From Camelus ferus (taxonomy: Eukaryota), in the NCBI RefSeq assembly GCF_009834535.1, contig NC_045696.1, positions 82,338,001-82,402,000 of the forward strand: a stretch of 64,000 bases of DNA, read 5' to 3'. A program made the position numbers and the translations under genes. The stretch's first letter is position 1. Each line of letters begins with the position of its first letter. Shown piece by piece: positions 38,799-50,954 of the stretch. Under the pieces are notes generated by a model. That model was not told where the DNA came from, did not search any database, and was given only the letters and a program-made list of their open reading frames with translations.

Positions 38799-38857
<59 letters not shown>
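38786..38857. repeat. Compound microsatellite (GTT)6(ATT)18
   Basis: Read directly from the sequence. Confidence 0.95.
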
Positions 38858-39481
38858 TTCTTATCAGTTACTATTCAGGAGATTAGTCTGTCATACATGA
38901 TACTTTCCCCAGCCCCACTCCTTGGAGGTAACCACTATTAATAATTTGAGTTTGGAATAAACATATAGATTAGTTTGGTGTCATTTAAAATTTTTCCAAA
39001 TTGCTTTTTCCTATCTAGGAATGAGGTCTGCCTTGGGTTTTTTAAACCTCATTTATTATTTTTGTTTGTTAGTTTTATTATTGTGTTTACAGTGGTCTTG
39101 AACATTTCTCATTATGCTTATTTCTAGATATTTTATGGATTTTTATTGTGACTATTTTCTTTTTGGTCCAGAAATATCCTATCATCTCTGTCTAGTTCCA
39201 TGTCCTAGTGTTCTGGTATGTCAGTCCATCACTCTGTAATTGTTCTGAATTTTTGGAGGGAGGGAATATTCAGCCCCACATAGCCATGGGTGGCTGAAGA
39301 AGAATAAAAGGGAAAAGCCAGCATGACTCTTATTTATTTCTGTCAAGTTGAGGAGTTTCATTCCCTTGTAACATTCTGTGATTTGGAAGGAAAGGTTCCA
39401 ACTTTAAAAGTATCATTCCTTAATATGAAAGGACTAATCAATACCTAAGATGAAAATGCAGTACAGACATTCCAGTTTACT

Positions 39482-39542
39482 TCAAATGTGTTAAAATGGG
39501 TCAAATGTGTTAAAATGGGTTAAGAGTTAAAATGGGTTAAGA
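39482..39542. repeat. Short nested tandem duplication
   Basis: TCAAATGTGTTAAAATGGG x2, then GTTAAAATGGGTTAAGA repeated. Confidence 0.85.
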
Positions 39543-39872
39543 TAGTGATTTTAAAGTTTTTCCTTGGATTAATAGGTTGTAAAAATAGAATTATTTTAAT
39601 AAAATCAAGATCATCTCCAATGATTATATTTCTAAGAAATTATCCCTTTTTAAAAGAAATGTAAGCCTTACTTTTACTCTAAATAACATGTTTTGGTCAG
39701 TAAAAACCTATACCAAGTTAGTGCTATGCACTAGGACATTCTCCACTCTCAGAACTAGTGAAAAAAAAAAAAACCAAAACCCATGACATTATGATTTTTA
39801 ATTGGTCAGATGATCACAGTTAAAGCAATTTCTTATTCCCTGGGAATGCTTATGTATTAAAAAACAAGTAAA

Positions 39873-40025
39873 GGGGGGAGGGTATAGCTCAGTGGTAGAG
39901 TGCATGCTCAGAATGCATGAGCTCCTGAGTTCAATTACCAGTACTTTCATTTAAAACAAACAAACAAACAAACAGACCAAATTACCTCCCCAACAAAACA
40001 AAGCAAAACAAAACAAAAAAATAAA
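39873..40025 (+). mobile_element. Vic-1-like SINE
   Basis: GGGGGGAGGGTATAGCTCAGTGGTAGAG...(AAAC)n...ATTACCTCCCC followed by an A-rich tail. Confidence 0.85.
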
Positions 40026-42479
40026 GACAACAATACACTTTTGGATATGGCAAATTCTTATGCTTATCAGCACCTATTCAGCCTAATTTATTAATTCATA
40101 ATATATATTATGTTTCCATAAGCAGCTATAGATTTCTAAGGTTTATGCCACACCTTTTAGTTTATATTAAATAGTAGTTGCCAAGAAGTTTTTATTTGTT
40201 ATTTAAAAAATCACCTGTGATAGTGTGAATTATAGATAAGTTGTCCTTTTATTGTTGCCTTTTCCTTCTTCTTTTGAAATTCTTTGTACTGGGGATTTGT
40301 GATCAACCCTAGCTTTCCTCATGGTCCATTGGGTATGCCCTTGTGCTCACTATGTTGAGAACATGTTTTTCTGCAAGTGAATGATCAGGGTGCAAGGATG
40401 TGGCTTCTGTGCATCAAAACATGGTAGCAGGTTTCATGATTTATCTGATGGGAAATTTTCTCTGGAGGAGCAGTGTTGATGATGTCTCTCTAATTCAGCT
40501 ACCTCTGCTTCATTGAACACAACTAAACCAGATTTCAAAGCAAATGGGAGACAATGTGGTAAACTGCAGCCAGAAAGACAGCTCTTGAGTATTCCTGACC
40601 AAATAAAGGCCTGACAAAGAAGAATATGTGTTGACAGCATTTCTTAGGACATGCTTCAAGGATCACATTAAAACATTTCCACAGGGTACAGGCTTCAATC
40701 AGCAGAAGATGTTCTTGTATCCCAAGTACCATAGGGTCGAGTTCTCCAATGACCCCAGCACAGCAACCAATATAGGAGCTGCTAGAGTAATTAAACAGAT
40801 TTCATTAAGTGTCAGCAAAAGCTCGTGGGCAGCTATTAGACAAACTTTTATGCACTATTATAGTCAGGTCCGTCCAAAAACATCCAGGCTAATCTAATTG
40901 AATTGGATATTGAAGTTAAGAATACATTTATTAAAAGGGAGGACTTGTTTTTCTGCCCTAGATGACACTGTTTTAAGAAATTCTTCTATTTCATTCAATT
41001 TATGAGATATATAAGTGGCTGGGATAAATTCTCCCAAGGACACTTTTCAGAGAAATGCATATACTCTCTTCTAGTTTTACTGACTTTGGATTCATATTCA
41101 CCTAATGTTAATTATCTACTATGTTAGGAATTGAATTCTAACAAACCGTAACAGCTATTGTTCTCTGAATTTTATAGTTGAGAAAAGAGGGACTTAGAGA
41201 GGTTAAATAATTTACCCAAAATCACACAGACAGTAAATGGGAATAAACCCAGGCTGAATCATGCAAGTTGATTATATTCCCTTTTTACATCAGTTTTATT
41301 ATGTATTTTTAAAAAGCAGTTGGCATTACATCAGACGTGTATTATACTCATGTCATTAGTGAAGCCTCATTCTATTTGATGTGAAAAATGTTTATGCTAA
41401 TCACACTTAATAGGGATTTGTCCTGAGAGCAATAAAATTCTTTTCCTACCCAGTTAGCTCACTATATATATTTTCCCATTGCTCTTACCAGTGTGGAAAA
41501 GATGAAAACAATGTGAATATGAAGCATTTCCCCCAAAGACAACAAGGTGGATTATTTGGATTGTGGCCACTAGCTTACAGTACTACTCAGAGTTCACAGC
41601 TTTTATTCTCCCTTCAAAACTTGTGGGGCCCTGGGGAGAAGCATGAGAAGTAGGAACATGTATAATTGCAGTGGCATGTAAAGTCTAAAATTTGAGAGAT
41701 AATAGCTTTGGTTTCTCTTAGAGTTGCTTTGGGTTTGTTTGATGGTATCTCCCTCTTATTTTAGTCTTGAGAGTTCACTGAACTCAGAACACTGAGAAAA
41801 CACTGCCCATTCCCCACCTTAAACCATCCTCCAGTTAATAATCTTGAATAGAAAATTATCTTAAAAACTTCAGAGAAATAATTCTCCAGTTTCTCTGGTG
41901 ACCTATGCAGTCCAGTGTGAGTAGTTTTTGAAAAATTAAACAGTATCCAGAACAGTATCTAGCACATGATCAGCACTTGATAAATGCTTGGTGAATGAAA
42001 GAATTAAACATAAATCCATTTGTTATCCTCAGAGGAGATGGAAAGGCAAGAAGGCTCTTTGCAAAATTGAGATAAATTGAGACTAAGAGGGAAAATTGGA
42101 TTGAAATCAGACTAAAGTGGGAAAGAATGCCCTTCATCTGTATTGGCTTTTGGTAAAAAAACAAACAAACAAAAATTTAAAGCCAAATTATTTTAACAAC
42201 AGTAAGAAGAAAATTAATTTTAGTAGTTTTGTGATTCATTATAAATCACTATTAAGCTGACCTGGTAGGAGTGTAACAACAAATGGCATAAAGGACAGTA
42301 ATGGGAAAAAAAATACTGTATATAATTATTAGACTTGATGGAAGGAAATACCACTTTGGAATCTTATATCTCAAGCCTAAGCTTTGTATACACAAAAAGG
42401 TCCAAAGCTACATAACAACAGAATTGAAAAGTGATCTATGATGTAAATTACTAAACAATTCAGAGTCTAACCCCTGAGA

Positions 42480-43900
42480 AGCGTATGTGTGGTATAGAAC
42501 AAAACAGCATAGCAAAAGAGTTCAGAATAAAGCTGACATTGAAACTAATTGACTGAAGAAGAGACAGAACTTATAGTCTGAATCTAACCATGTTATTTGA
42601 CTGTCAAAATTTTAAAGTCAGCATTCTACAGAGGGTTTTGATAGGACCTCAAATTTCATAATGTAATATATATTCAAAATATCCAGAATACAATCCAAAA
42701 TTACTCGACGTATGAGGAACAGGAAAATGTGACCAATTCACAAGTGAAAATACAATCAACAAATGCCAACCCTCAGATGACCCAGATTGTGGAATTACCA
42801 GACTTTAAAGCAGCAATTATAATCATCCTCCATAAAGTGAAACTGAACACATTTGAAATGAATGAAAAGTAGAAAATTTGACGAAAGAAATAGAAATTAT
42901 AAACAGAAGAGCCAAACTGAGATTTCATAGTTGAAAAATACAGTGAGTGAAATAAAAAAAAAATTCACTGGATGGGTTCAATGGCAGAATTGAGATGATG
43001 GAAGAAGGAGTCAGAATTTGAAGACTGATCAATAGAAATCACCCATAGTAAAGAACTGAGAGAGAAAAGGCTTTTTTTTTTTTTTTTTAAAGCAGACCAT
43101 CAGTACTTATGGGACAATATTTTAAGATATAACATGTACATTATTGTGGTCCCAGAAAGAGAAGAGAGGAGATTGATGCAGAAAAAATATTTGAGAAATA
43201 GTGGTTGAAAACTTTCCAATTTGGTGAAACACATAAGGTTACAAAATAAACTCAAAGAAAACCACACCAGACACATTATAATCAAACTGTTGAAGACCAA
43301 ACGTAAAGCAAAAAAATCTTAAAAGCAGCCAGAAAAAATAACACATTACACAGAGCCTAGAAGACAGTGGAATAACATCTTTAAAGTGCTTAAAGAAAAG
43401 AATTGTTAACTGAGAATTCTACATCTAGTGAAAATATCCTTCAGGAATAATGGGGAAATAAAGATATTCTCAGAGGGAGAAAACTAAGAAAATTCATTGC
43501 CAGCAGGCCCGCTCTAAAAGAAACGATAAAGGAGGTTCTCCAAGCTAAAGGGAAATGATTCAAGAGGGAAAATTAAGATGTTAAAAATAAAGGAAGAACA
43601 AACTCATGTTTGGGTAAATGTAATAGCGTATTTTTCCCTCATAAATTCTTTAAAATTTTTATGACTATTGACAGCAAAAATGTAAGACTAGTAGGGATTT
43701 CAATGTATGTAGATGTCATAAATGGCAATCACAACGTAAAAAGGGGGAAGGCTAAAGAGACAAGTAATTGTAAGTCTGCTTCTACATTTTACTTAAAGTG
43801 CTAATATTAATTCTAAATGGATGATTATAGGTTAGGCAGGCATATTGTACCCTCTATAGGCTGTATACCCCAAACAGTGAATTTTACTGTCTGTGAATTT
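42480..43900 (+). mobile_element. Old L1M 5'/ORF1 region, degenerate
   Basis: L1 ORF1 C-terminal-like GAGAATTCTACATCTAGTGAAAATATCCTTCAGGAAT...AAATAAAGATATTCTCAGA, with many stops. Confidence 0.8.
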
Positions 43901-44309
43901 GAAACCCAGGGTACTTTAAGGACTTTTATAAATCATTGAATTTGAAAGGAAAAAAGATAAGAGGAGATTAAGATTTTGAAGTTTTGTAGCATTTGTTGAG
44001 AAGGGGAAGTTTCATTAACTCAAGCATGAGACGTATACAAGTTCTTACTCTGAAATCAATGATTTATCCTCATATTCTCACCACAGTCTACATGGTTTCA
44101 ATATTCTTCAAATTCAGCTCAATAAAAGCATCTGGCAGTTGGCTTTGCACACCTGGCCGGATAACTAAGTAGTGTTATCATAGCCTCCCATTATCATAGC
44201 CTCAAGAAGGTCTGCAATGAAGCATTTTATGATGTTTTTCTTTTTGACTTTGGTTTCTAGTGACCTTTATTCCTCAGTTTTCCTGAGGATTGAAAAATTG
44301 TTTGGGAAG

Positions 44310-45110
44310 ACACTTGAAAAAGATAATGCTGAATTAATAACTTAAACCATAAAATAGGGTAAACGCTAAGTGGGTCAAAGACTTAAGTGTAAAAAAGTAT
44401 GCTAGTACAAGGAAAAACATGATGAGTTCCTTTATAAACATTGAATGGGGAAAGCCTTTTTATGATTCAAAATTCAGAGGCCATGAAAGAAAAGATTTTG
44501 ACAAATTCAACTACATATATAAAAACTGTAGCAAAAACAGCACAAGAGGTCAAAAGACAGTGAAAGTATTTGCTGCTCATAACACAGAAAGAGGGCTAAA
44601 TTCCTGAGAACTTCCATAAATTGAGTAAGTCCAACAACTCAATAGAAAAATAGGTAAAGAACAAGAAGAGACAGTTTGCAGAAAAAGAAATGTGAATTTC
44701 CCTTCAACTTATGTCAAATTGCTTAACCTCACTCATCAAAAGAAAAACACAATTAAATCTCTAGTACTGGACTTGAAGGAAGGGAAACAAAAGGTTTCAT
44801 CTCTACATAGAGGAATTTGGCAATATCTAGCAAAATTTCTTTGACCAAGAAAAAAAAAAAAAAAAGGACTACACAAAGGTATTCTTTGCAGCACCATTTG
44901 TAATAGCAAAAGAAATACTGGAAACAACCCAAATGGCCATCAGTTAGAGAATGGTTAAATAAAATATGGTATATACACAAAATGAAGTACTAAGCAGCTG
45001 AAAAGGAATGAGGACTATCTCTATATACTGTTATGAAATGGGCTCCAGATATATATTAAGTGCAAAAAACAAGGTGGATAAAAGTATATATATTACATGC
45101 CACTGTTTAT
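44310..45110 (+). mobile_element. Old L1ME-type ORF2 3' fragments
   Basis: GGAAACAACCCAAATGGCCATCAGTTAGAGAATGGTTAAATAAAATATGGTATAT. Confidence 0.7.
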
Positions 45111-45195
45111 CTAAGGAGATATATGTGTGTGTGCGTGCGCCCTTTTGCTTTGCTTATAAACATGCATATAAAAAAACCCCAACAACATTAGAAGC

Positions 45196-45668
45196 TGTGG
45201 TAGGAAGAATTCTAGGATGGCTCTCAATATTCTGGCTTCCTAGTATATACGCCTTGTATCATCTCTTCCTCTTGAGTGTGGGTGGGATTGGTCAATATGA
45301 TGCTCTCCTGCTGGCCTGGAAGAAAGAAAATAGCCATGTTGTGGAATGCATATTGGAGGAAGCCATGTTGCTAGGACCTGAGGGAGGTCTCTAGTAGCTG
45401 AGAGTGAACCCAGGCCAACAGCCTGCAAGGAACAAGGACCTCAGTCCTATAACCATAAAGAATTGAATGAACTTGGAAGATGACCCTGAGCTCTAGATGA
45501 CTGCAGTCCTGGCTGAGATCTCGATTTCAGCTTTGTGAGCCCTGAACAGAAAACTCTGTTACACCCTGCTCAGGCTTCTAGCCCATAGAAATTATGCGAT
45601 AATACATGTACTTTGTTTTAAGTTACTAAGTTCGTGGTAATTTGTTAGGCAACAATAGAAAACAAACA
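45196..45668 (+). mobile_element. MLT1-type MaLR solo LTR
   Basis: TGTGGTAGG...AAGGACCTCAGTCCTATAACCATAAAGAA...TAAGTTCGTGGTAATTTGTTAGGCAACAATAGAAAACAAACA. Confidence 0.8.
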
Positions 45669-46439
45669 GAAGCATAAACCAAAAGCTTCAGAAAACTTGG
45701 TAGTAAAGGGAGAGGGGTGGAGAATGAAACTTTTATGTTTGTATTTGTCTTTATTTTGTTTTGAATTTTAAATCGTGGAAATATATTTATCTATGCTAAA
45801 ATTAAATAAAAAAGAAACCAAACAGAAAAATAACCCAACAGCTGAGCACTGAAGAGTTTCTGAGCACAGTTCAGGGCTGCTAATGTACACAGTTCTGCTC
45901 CATCTTAAGTCCTCTGAACTCTGCAGAATCTAATACACAGAATGATATAACTCACATACTGCTCACCTTTGTGTGCCACAGAACAGTTCCTCGGGGTGAA
46001 CAGGATGTACCAACAGCCAGAGAAAGGTTGAGTGTGGAGGTGAAGTCTTAGCATCCTTGAGGAACATGCAGAAGAGGACATCAAAGCATAGAGATTCTGC
46101 CATTGAGGAAATGTCTCCTTACATCCTTTGAAATGACACTTCCCTTCCTACTATAGAACAGGTCACTCTCCAAGAGCCATGCTCTTACACTTCCAGAAAT
46201 ACCTTCTGTCTGTTCTCATCAAAGACTATACTTTTGAAATAGTTTGATAATATTCATTCATCCAGTATCAGTTATAAATATGGGCAATGGGGGAGAAGCC
46301 AATGGAGAAAGGGAAATAGATAAAACAAGATCCCAAAGTAAAATAACGCATAACAGGAAAACTATACAAGCAAGAATGGCACCTTTGTCAGAGATAAAAT
46401 CAGAACAGGTAAAGATAGAAACAAATCAGAAAATTGAGA

Positions 46440-46930
46440 GGATGCTAAGTTCAAGACCCTTGGTTACAAGTACAGAAATGTGATTAAAACTGGCTTAAGT
46501 AGAAAAGATAATTTATTGGCTCATATAATTACAATGTCCTGTGGTATGACAACTTCACAATAGGCAGATCTAGGGCCTCTAGGATGCCATCAGGACCAGA
46601 ACTTCTTTCCTCTGGCTTTTTGTTAGGCAGGCTCTTCCCTTGTGGGGCAAGATGAGGGCTTATAGCACCAGGTTTGTTTCTTTACAGATTAGCAATCCCC
46701 AAAGCAAAAGAAAGTTATTTTCTGCATTATAGTTCTGACAAAGGTTTTATTGGTCTGGCTCAGCTCACATGCTCATCCCTGATTGTTTACTGTGCCTGGA
46801 CAGCCAGGCCTGAGTCACATACTCAGCTTTGGAGGAGATGGAGGCCAGCCCACTGGAGTTACATGGAGTCAGGGTGGGAGAGGAGCTGGTCCTCAAAGGA
46901 AAATTTGAGTGTACTGAATCTGGGAAGGTA
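46440..46930 (-). mobile_element. Old MLT1-type LTR
   Basis: AAACTGGCTTAAGTAGAAAAGATAATTTATTGGCTCATATAATT, a typical antisense MLT1 tail. Confidence 0.6.
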
Positions 46931-48169
46931 AAAGCAACAGATACCCACTGTAAGGGGGGAAGTTTGGGGACTATGAACCTGATCAACATGAAAAGAAGAG
47001 GGTTAACAATTCATCTACAGGGTGCAAGGAAAACAGGAGGAAAGGACATTAGGAAGTAAAGGGAGAGGAAAACATTTGGTGTCAATGCAGTGGGAGTCTA
47101 CAGAGATTAGTAAAATAATCATTGAGCAGCCCTGAGGGCCCAATTAAAGTTAGATAGTGTGGATTTGTCATTAAGTCATTAAACTTGATTTTCCATAGAC
47201 TCATAGCAGGAGGGAAGAAAGGACATTTTACTGTAGCTTTCCCAGGACTAGAGATTGGCCTAAGGGTGGGGAGAAATCAGGTGCTAGCAAAGTCATGGTT
47301 AAGATGGGGTCCAAGCTGAGGTGTGACAGAAGGGAAACTAGCTGGTGGCTGGTGGATGAAGAATTGGGGGGGGGTGTCAAAGGACTGAAGGTCATAAGGC
47401 AGATAGAAAGCAGTTTTAGCAGGAGCAGTGGAGTGTAGATGATGAAGGACATGTGTTCTGGAGTTGCAAGATATGTAGGTCGCACAGAGACAGAGAACAG
47501 AGAGCCCTAGCTCTCAGGGTACTGTTGCAGGTTGGGTTCTTGGGGAGCAGGGTCTGAAATGGAGTGAGGAGTGCAAAGGGCTTACTGAGGAGTGAAAACC
47601 AGTGAATGAAGAAAGGAAAGAGTAGGACTGGCCAGGCGGAGCCATCAGACCATGACACAGACCTGACAAACCCTTTGTCTTCCAGACCAGGAGCTCCAGA
47701 ATGCCTATTAGAGCAGTCCTCTGTTGAGTGGGAATGGCTAGGCCCTGGAACCACCATCTTGCTTAGTCCTTGGCTTTGGCCATATGGAAAAGAACGTGAA
47801 CTCCCCAGAGAGCTGGGGCTAACAGCGGAAGGCTATCGGCTAATTGCACTCTTCACAGCTGGTAACTATTCCTCGCTTGAAGGGGAATCTGAGTGTTCCT
47901 ACCCAGGTATCTTTATGCAAATTAGAAAAATGCATCTCCTCTGGGAGTCCACGACCCTGGGGGTACTTGGCTTGGTGAACATAAGGAGACTCTGGCCATA
48001 TTTGGAGGCGAGGGGCGGCACCCCTACCTCGGGGCACACACAGCTCTGTACCAAGGAACACAGCTTGGTAAGAAGAGCAGCCCCCGTTCACTCCTTCATA
48101 TGGGTGCTTTGGACAGTGTGCAAACTGCAAGGCTAAATGCAGTGACCCTGATGGACAGACTGTGAAACT

Positions 48170-48720
48170 GATGATTGTAGCAGCTACCCCCACTTTCCTT
48201 CTCAGCAGAACCCAGAAGATATCCTCTTTGTCCCCAAGCAGGGGAAAGTGAGCTCCTCCTGGGTCTTGAATGATCTTAACCAATAATGGTAATCCCATCC
48301 TCTTTGCCACGGATTGGCTCAGGAATTCAGGTTTAAACCAATTGCTTTGTATGTTCCCTGTTTCTGGTCCAGGGGTGGGAATATGACCTAAATGGGTCCA
48401 ATCAGACATGATTGGAGGAGAGTTCCCACCTCTGCCCCTCACCTGCACTGGGACAATAGCAAGAGAACATGTGGTGCCAGTTGCTTCTGGCAGCCATTCT
48501 AAACTCTTGAGGAAGCCAGACTTTGGATTGAGTTTACAGAGTAGGGAGATGGAAAGAACCTTGGTCCTTGGATCCTGCATGGCATTGTTGAGCTTCTCAA
48601 TCATGCAGCCCTAAAGTCTGGTCCAGCCTTAATTCCTATTATATAAAATAAATACCCTAATCAGTTAAGCCAGCCTGAGTTGGGGGCTTAGATTCTTGCA
48701 GCCAAGTGTCCTGACTGACA
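48170..48720 (+). mobile_element. ERVL LTR (LTR16/LTR33-like)
   Basis: TGATCTTAACCAATAATGGTAATCCCATCC...ATGACCTAAATGGGTCCAATCAGA...TTCTTGCAGCCAAGTGTCCTGACTGACA. Confidence 0.6.
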
Positions 48721-50645
48721 CTAGGGTATTAGAGGAGTTATCAGAGCAGTTAAGCTGGGAGGAGCCCCAGAGTGATGGTAAAGGAAAAAGTGAATGGGTC
48801 GCTTTTGGTTAACATCATGGAGTAGGGTGGCAAACTTTCCTTGAAGTTGGTAGACAGTGGTGATATGGACAGGGGGAACTATAAAGAGAGAGCAAGAAAT
48901 TTTGAAAGAGGAGTGCTGCTTGGGGCTGAGAAACAATATATAGAGTTATTAAAAGTATGAACTCTGGGCTCAGAATGCTTAAGTTCCAACCAAAGGTGGA
49001 AGCCAGAGCCAGAGCTCTACCATTTGATCATTGTATCACCTTTGGCAACTTCATTTCTCTGGACCACAATTTCCTCATCTCTTAAAGGGAAGTTGTAAGG
49101 ACAGAATAGGATAATTATTTATCAGGTACTTAGTACATATTAAGCTCAATAATTATTGCTTTAAAAGATGATATCAGATGAATGGAGACTGTTTCTCAAC
49201 AAAAATCACTCTGTTGACCCCAAACTCTAGACTGTTTTGTATCCAGGAAAAAAGCTAAGGGATTGGGATAGAAGAGCTGTAAATGCTCTTCTTGTGGTAG
49301 TGAGAATGGGGAAAAAGTAAATTTATGGAGTTTGATTTTGCCTCTCCTGTCTATGGATTAGAAGTCGAGAAACGCCAGGTTAGAGCCTCTGGAGATGCAG
49401 GAGGAGCAGGCCTCTGCCTTTGTTTATCGCGGAGGGTGGAACGGAGGTGCAGGAGTGTGAGAGCATGGTAGGGGGCTGCTGTGGAATGGGGGAATTGGGT
49501 AACAGTTCAGGAAGTGGGCTGGAGGATCATGCAGATGGGAGGCAGAGGCCAGGGTGATTAACAGGGAGCCTGAGTGTTGGAGGACTTGATAGACTGACCA
49601 CATCCCGAGCTCCAAGGAGATCAGAATGATAGAGGGGGCCTTGGCTCAGGCACTGGTGGAGAACACCCACCCTAATGTTAGTGACTAGGGATAGCCTACA
49701 GAAGGGGAACACATCTCCCATTTAAAGGGAATGTATTTTGTTTTTCTGACTTTGTTCAGGCTGTGCTAATTTGCAAGGCAGAGACCTTCAGTGTCTGAAG
49801 TAGCATCTACCCCGGGAGCTTGCAGGGCCGTGGGGCCAGCTCCCAGGGAAGGAAAGCTCATGCTCCTTTCTCCTCTCGGGACCCGTGGTTAATGCGCTGC
49901 CAGGTCACTAGCAGTTTGTAATCGTGTTTGTGTCCACTGTGGTGAGTCCCCCAGGGAGATACGGGAATTCCAGAGACAGTGGTGCTGCCAAGCTGTGTGT
50001 GTCCAGAGGTCATTCCGCTGCTCTGCTTGGGGTCAGAGAAGTAGGGAGAAGAGTCTGGTGGACATGGAGTGCCGGCATGAGAGCATTTGCCAAGATCAAA
50101 ATGTTCCCCATCGCTGCAAGCAGATGAGATCTTGGAACCTGGAATCACACAGTCGTGGCTCCAGCAGGGCTTCTGGCAACAGCCCCAGTGTCTTCAGCTA
50201 CAGACACCACCTCTGTGAATGCCAAGAAAAGCAAACACAGGCCCCAGATCTCCTGTTGCACCAACTGGAAAGAAGCCCGCAGTTGAGGAGCTGAGCTGAG
50301 GACTGTCTTCCCATAGCTCTTGATTTTCCACCATTCTTCCCCCATCTGAATCAAGCAAACAAACAACATACTTGTAATAAAATTCACAGGTGTGGCTGGT
50401 TTATATGCTAGGATTCTCTTGTGATCAAATTCCCTGTAGGACTCCAGGATAAAATGGTGAATAAAGCAGGATAATGCAGTGTGTCCCAGATGTTTGACAC
50501 TCAGGAGGGAAGGAATCCTGGAAACACAGAGATTTCATTCCAGCCCTGGGAGCTGGTTCTTTTCAGTGGCCAGGATGGTGTCACTCAAATACCCTCCAGC
50601 CAGCTTCAGCCAAATATTTGCCAAGTTTCTTCTCATAGTGATAAA

Positions 50646-50681
50646 GGTGGGGGTGGGGGTGGGGGTGGGGGTGGAGGTGGA
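50646..50681. repeat. (GGGGGT)n G-rich repeat
   Basis: GGTGGGGGTGGGGGTGGGGGTGGGGGTGGAGGTGG. Confidence 0.9.
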
Positions 50682-50779
50682 GATGATTCTATAAAGCTGA
50701 AAGAGCAAGGAAATAAATGCCATCTTAAAGTCCTGGCCTTCCAAGATTGGCAAATAAGATCAGAAATACATCTGGGGAA

Positions 50780-50954
50780 CCGCTGCCCCCTCTCTCTCCC
50801 TCTTCAGAGATGGTCCACACTCTGTCTATGGAGTGTGTACCTACTTTTAATCTGAGCACTCAACCCCCACACCTTGTGGCCTTTCTCTTGCCTTTCAATG
50901 TATCTCTCTGAATAAATCTACCTTTACTCAAAAAAAAAAAAAAAAAAAAAAAAA
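50780..50954 (+). mobile_element. Polyadenylated LTR-like retroposed insertion with 18-bp TSD
   Basis: TSD AGAAATACATCTGGGGAA at 50762-50779 and 50955-50972. AATAAA at 50911-50916. A-run at 50930-50955. Confidence 0.85.

Noticed and set aside
47840..48604. 254-aa ORF and overlapping 176-aa ORF (47606-48136)
   Set aside because: Non-ATG start for the longer ORF, which also overlaps an old LTR for over half its length. No recognisable domain in either. Likely chance ORFs.
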